Shown here piece by piece: positions 60,998 through 64,000 of a stretch of DNA of 64,000 nt (the stretch's first letter is position 1; the number at the start of each line of letters is the position of its first letter). The position numbers and the translations under genes were made by a program. The notes below the pieces were generated by a model that saw only the letters and a program-made list of their open reading frames with translations, was not told the DNA's origin and made no database searches. The DNA comes from Vermamoeba vermiformis (lineage: Eukaryota), in the NCBI GenBank assembly GCA_045837725.1, contig JBEWZL010000213.1:124001-188000 (forward strand), written 5' to 3'.

Positions 60998-63026
60998 ATG
61001 ATATTAAGGATAAGCCTATTAATAATATTGGTAAGCCATAATTATTTTGCGATTACCTTCATGAACCAATTTAGCGTTGGATTGCAACCTGAAACGAATT
61101 ATTAGGCAAATTAAACGAAAATTAATAACTATTTTAGTTTTATTAACGTCATAATTAATCGTAGAATATATATGATGCGAATGATTTATTGTTTTTGTCA
61201 CTTGACACGATCTAATTCTTTTTTTAGAGCGTAACGATCTGCTCCGCATTACATATAATCGAGCCATATGAACAATTTCTCGATGCACCATCATCAGAAG
61301 CTGTAGGACCGTTGGTTTTTAATATTACTGGCGAAATAGCAATACCAGATCCGATTAACAGCTGCACGACGCTGAAAAATCCAGACCAAGTCAAAGGCAA
61401 AATAGTATTGATATATAATGATAATTGCTATCTCGAAGTACAAGCACGTAATGCACAGGCTGCTGGCGCAATCGTAAGTTTGACACTTCAGTAGACAATT
61501 TAGCCGATCGAGCCAAATTTACTCGCGCTTTTAGATTTTGATAATGGGAATCATGACTAAAATAGTAACATGATATAGGGCGTCATTCAACATCAATGGG
61601 CTACAACTACCGCAGGACGGGATTACTTCCTGTACACGGATACAAACCGAGACGACGTAATTCTGCCTATTGTTTTCGTGAACGGCGCGGTAAGCTTATT
61701 ACGAATATATACCGCACTACGAGAGAATATTGTTCGCTAATATTTAATTTTCTGTACTAAAAAGGATGGAAATCTCATTCGCAATCTCACGGAAAACTAT
61801 CCCCGCGTTTACGTTGTAATGGCTTCAGGAGGTAACTAAACCGTGGATAATAATAATTATAGCTATATTGATCATTTGGTATTAATTTAGACAAAAATCC
61901 TTGGCGTGACAACGGAGTACAAGGAATTTTCTTGGCCGTACTGCACGTTGCCATCGATTTGTCGATTCTAATCTACGCGCTCATAAAAATGATCAAATAC
62001 ACGATGAATAAGAGAACCGTCATATCAGTAGCGCAAGTCAGCATGGTCTTGATAATACTCGCCATGTGTTGTACGTACATCCAGATTCGGTGCCGGTGAT
62101 TCAAGAAACTAATTGATATTATTATCAGTTGCTATTGCTATGCGATTAGTACTCCTGTTAGGCAGCTTCAATTTGACGGATGTTGCAATCTCGTTAATTC
62201 TCGGGGCGATTTTCTTCCCAGACACTTTACTGCTGTTGTCCTCATTAGTCGTCAGTTTTTATTGGTAAGAATACGTTCATTTAATATAAGATGGTATAAA
62301 TAGCCTCGTGCGGAGTACACATGAGAATCAATCATTAAGTAATCGATAAGCGGAATTTTTTCTGACACGTGTCATCTTTTTTTTGACAGGTTCGAGTTGA
62401 CATCACGCGTGTCATCAGTGTCACGTGCTTGGTCCAAGAAATTATGGAAACCGTTCATTGCTGGCGGTGTCATTTTGACCGCAATGCTGGTGCTGATCAT
62501 CATTTGGGTGCAACTGATTCGCATCGTAGCGGTGTTTATTGCGATATTCGTCGTGTACTCAATCATCACCTTGGCAGTGGCCATCATTTGGATCATTTTT
62601 GGCGCCAGATTGCGAAAGACATTGGAAGCTAATACCGCCAAAGTACAAAAGAATTCAAAAATGTTCCGCAAGGTTCGTTTAACTTCAAAAAACGTTCTAA
62701 TCCGCTATTTATTAATATTAATCATATTTTTATTATAGTTGATCATTCTTATTGTTTTGTGCGCGTGTTCTATCATTCTTACTCGAGTCGCTGCTGGATT
62801 GACCCAAATAGCTTCTGGCAACATCACCGCATTCAGAGTGATATTCGAAATCGGTCACTTCTCGTTCGAAATTACAGCCATAATGCAAGTATTGCTGTTC
62901 TCGACAAAGAACAATAAGAAAAATACTTCCTCCTCTAAATCCGGACCGAGATCTGGATCGGAGATGGGAACTACGCTTAACTCACCTCATAATTCCGTGG
63001 AGAGTACTCACCACTCCGTTAATTAA
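60998..63026 (+). CDS. PA-domain plus seven-transmembrane receptor-like protein
   Basis: Signal peptide, PA domain (SCTTLKNPDQVKGKIVLI...QARNAQAAGAI|GVI...ILPIVFV), seven hydrophobic helices and a Ser-rich tail. Confidence 0.75.
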
Positions 63027-63094
63027 TTGTAAATAGTGTTAAAAAGTTTGCTTTTTCGATCGTGTACTGGATCAAGGTTCAATTTTTGTTTTGT

Positions 63095-63988
63095 TTATTG
63101 AGTAAGGTCTTTAAAATTATTAATATAGCTACAAGGTTTAAATACGGTAGGATCGAATAAATACTCGGAGCGATACTTGTTTTCGAGGAGATCGTTGAGC
63201 TGGTCTCCCCACAGCAATCCTTCGTCATAACAATTGGTATAAAAGCCCCATCTACGCAGTCCATATTCACAAATTTCAGTATTTTCACCTGGCGTTATTA
63301 CAGGCTCTTCATTAAAATCGTTATCGCTCAGCGAGTAACTTCGATCCGTTATAGGAGGCAATGGCAGGCTGCAAAGGTGGGCTGCGTGCGCTATATGTGG
63401 ATTATAAGCCTTTTTAAAGTGAAAGGGATCGATAACGGAGATTAATATTGCTGATGGATCAGCTTGAAACGCATCTAAAGTTAGATGCAAAAAACACAAG
63501 TCCAAGGCGTCCTTGATATCGACAATGCCGGGTAAATTCAGCAATGTCTGTAAATATATCGCGTGCATATTATCGGGGTGCGCGGAAGTCACCCTGCTAA
63601 GCAGCTCGAAAATGGCATCGTGGTCGAAACGGAATCCAAACCTGTACGTGTCTTTTGAAAGATTCTTATGATAATTGTTATTATCTGTAGGATCCATCGG
63701 CTTCCATCCGCTTCTCTCGCCTACACAGCTCACTGGTTAGCAAATTGTCGATCGGATCCTTTTTTGGACTTACGGAATTGACATGCGGCTAAAGCTCGCT
63801 GTATAGTATTATCATATATCCACCTTCGCTTATAGGAATTGCACCAATCATATCCATTGTTGTTTGTCTCATAATTTGTCGGAAGAAACGACCACAAAAA
63901 GAGCTTGATCCGTTGCTTTGGTGACTGGTGGATTCAACTCATCGTGCTGATTATATTCTTGATAATAACGGTCCTTCCAATATGTAGT
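63095..63988 (-). CDS. 3' part of a hypothetical (possibly F-box-type) protein; start lies outside the window; apparent frameshift
   Basis: Last exon is ORF 63095..63733. The upstream exon has TYWKDRYY and YDWCNSYKRRW in different reading frames. Confidence 0.5.
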
Positions 63989-64000
63989 CTATAAATACGA

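Noticed and set aside
1..64000. Alternative genetic code, CRISPR array, intact transposase or viral hallmark genes
   Set aside because: TAA, TAG and TGA all end well-conserved genes. I saw no repeat-spacer array and no RT, integrase, DDE or capsid motifs.

Overview
Compact, AT-rich, intron-rich eukaryotic nuclear DNA using the standard code, with short GT-AG introns (mostly about 45-300 nt). The gene content suggests a protist, possibly an amoebozoan (inference). I reconstructed about 29 spliced genes by hand: a GILT-like thioredoxin-fold protein, APC10, RPL35, a Sel1-repeat protein, two tandem zinc-ribbon paralogs, WASP, a GATase-I-like protein, a glucan-water-dikinase-like (PPDK_N) protein, an APH-like kinase, codanin-1, four F-box or F-box-like genes, mitochondrial ProRS, a protein with three talin-F0-like domains, three carboxylesterases, PrimPol, RhoGAP, an SGNH hydrolase, HSP20, an atypical Rac, a PA-7TM receptor and two partial genes at the edges. 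One tRNA-Gln(UUG) lies inside an intron. The most notable signals are: strand-symmetric motifs concentrated in introns (six perfect TGACACGTGTCA palindromes, RGATCY arrays and hairpin clusters); a convergent pair of bacterial-type phosphotransferases; several proteins with altered catalytic residues or domain order; and a ~1.9 kb GC-rich low-complexity block that is probably not genuine sequence. Gene spans run start to stop including introns. Family assignments come from motif recognition, not from database searches.
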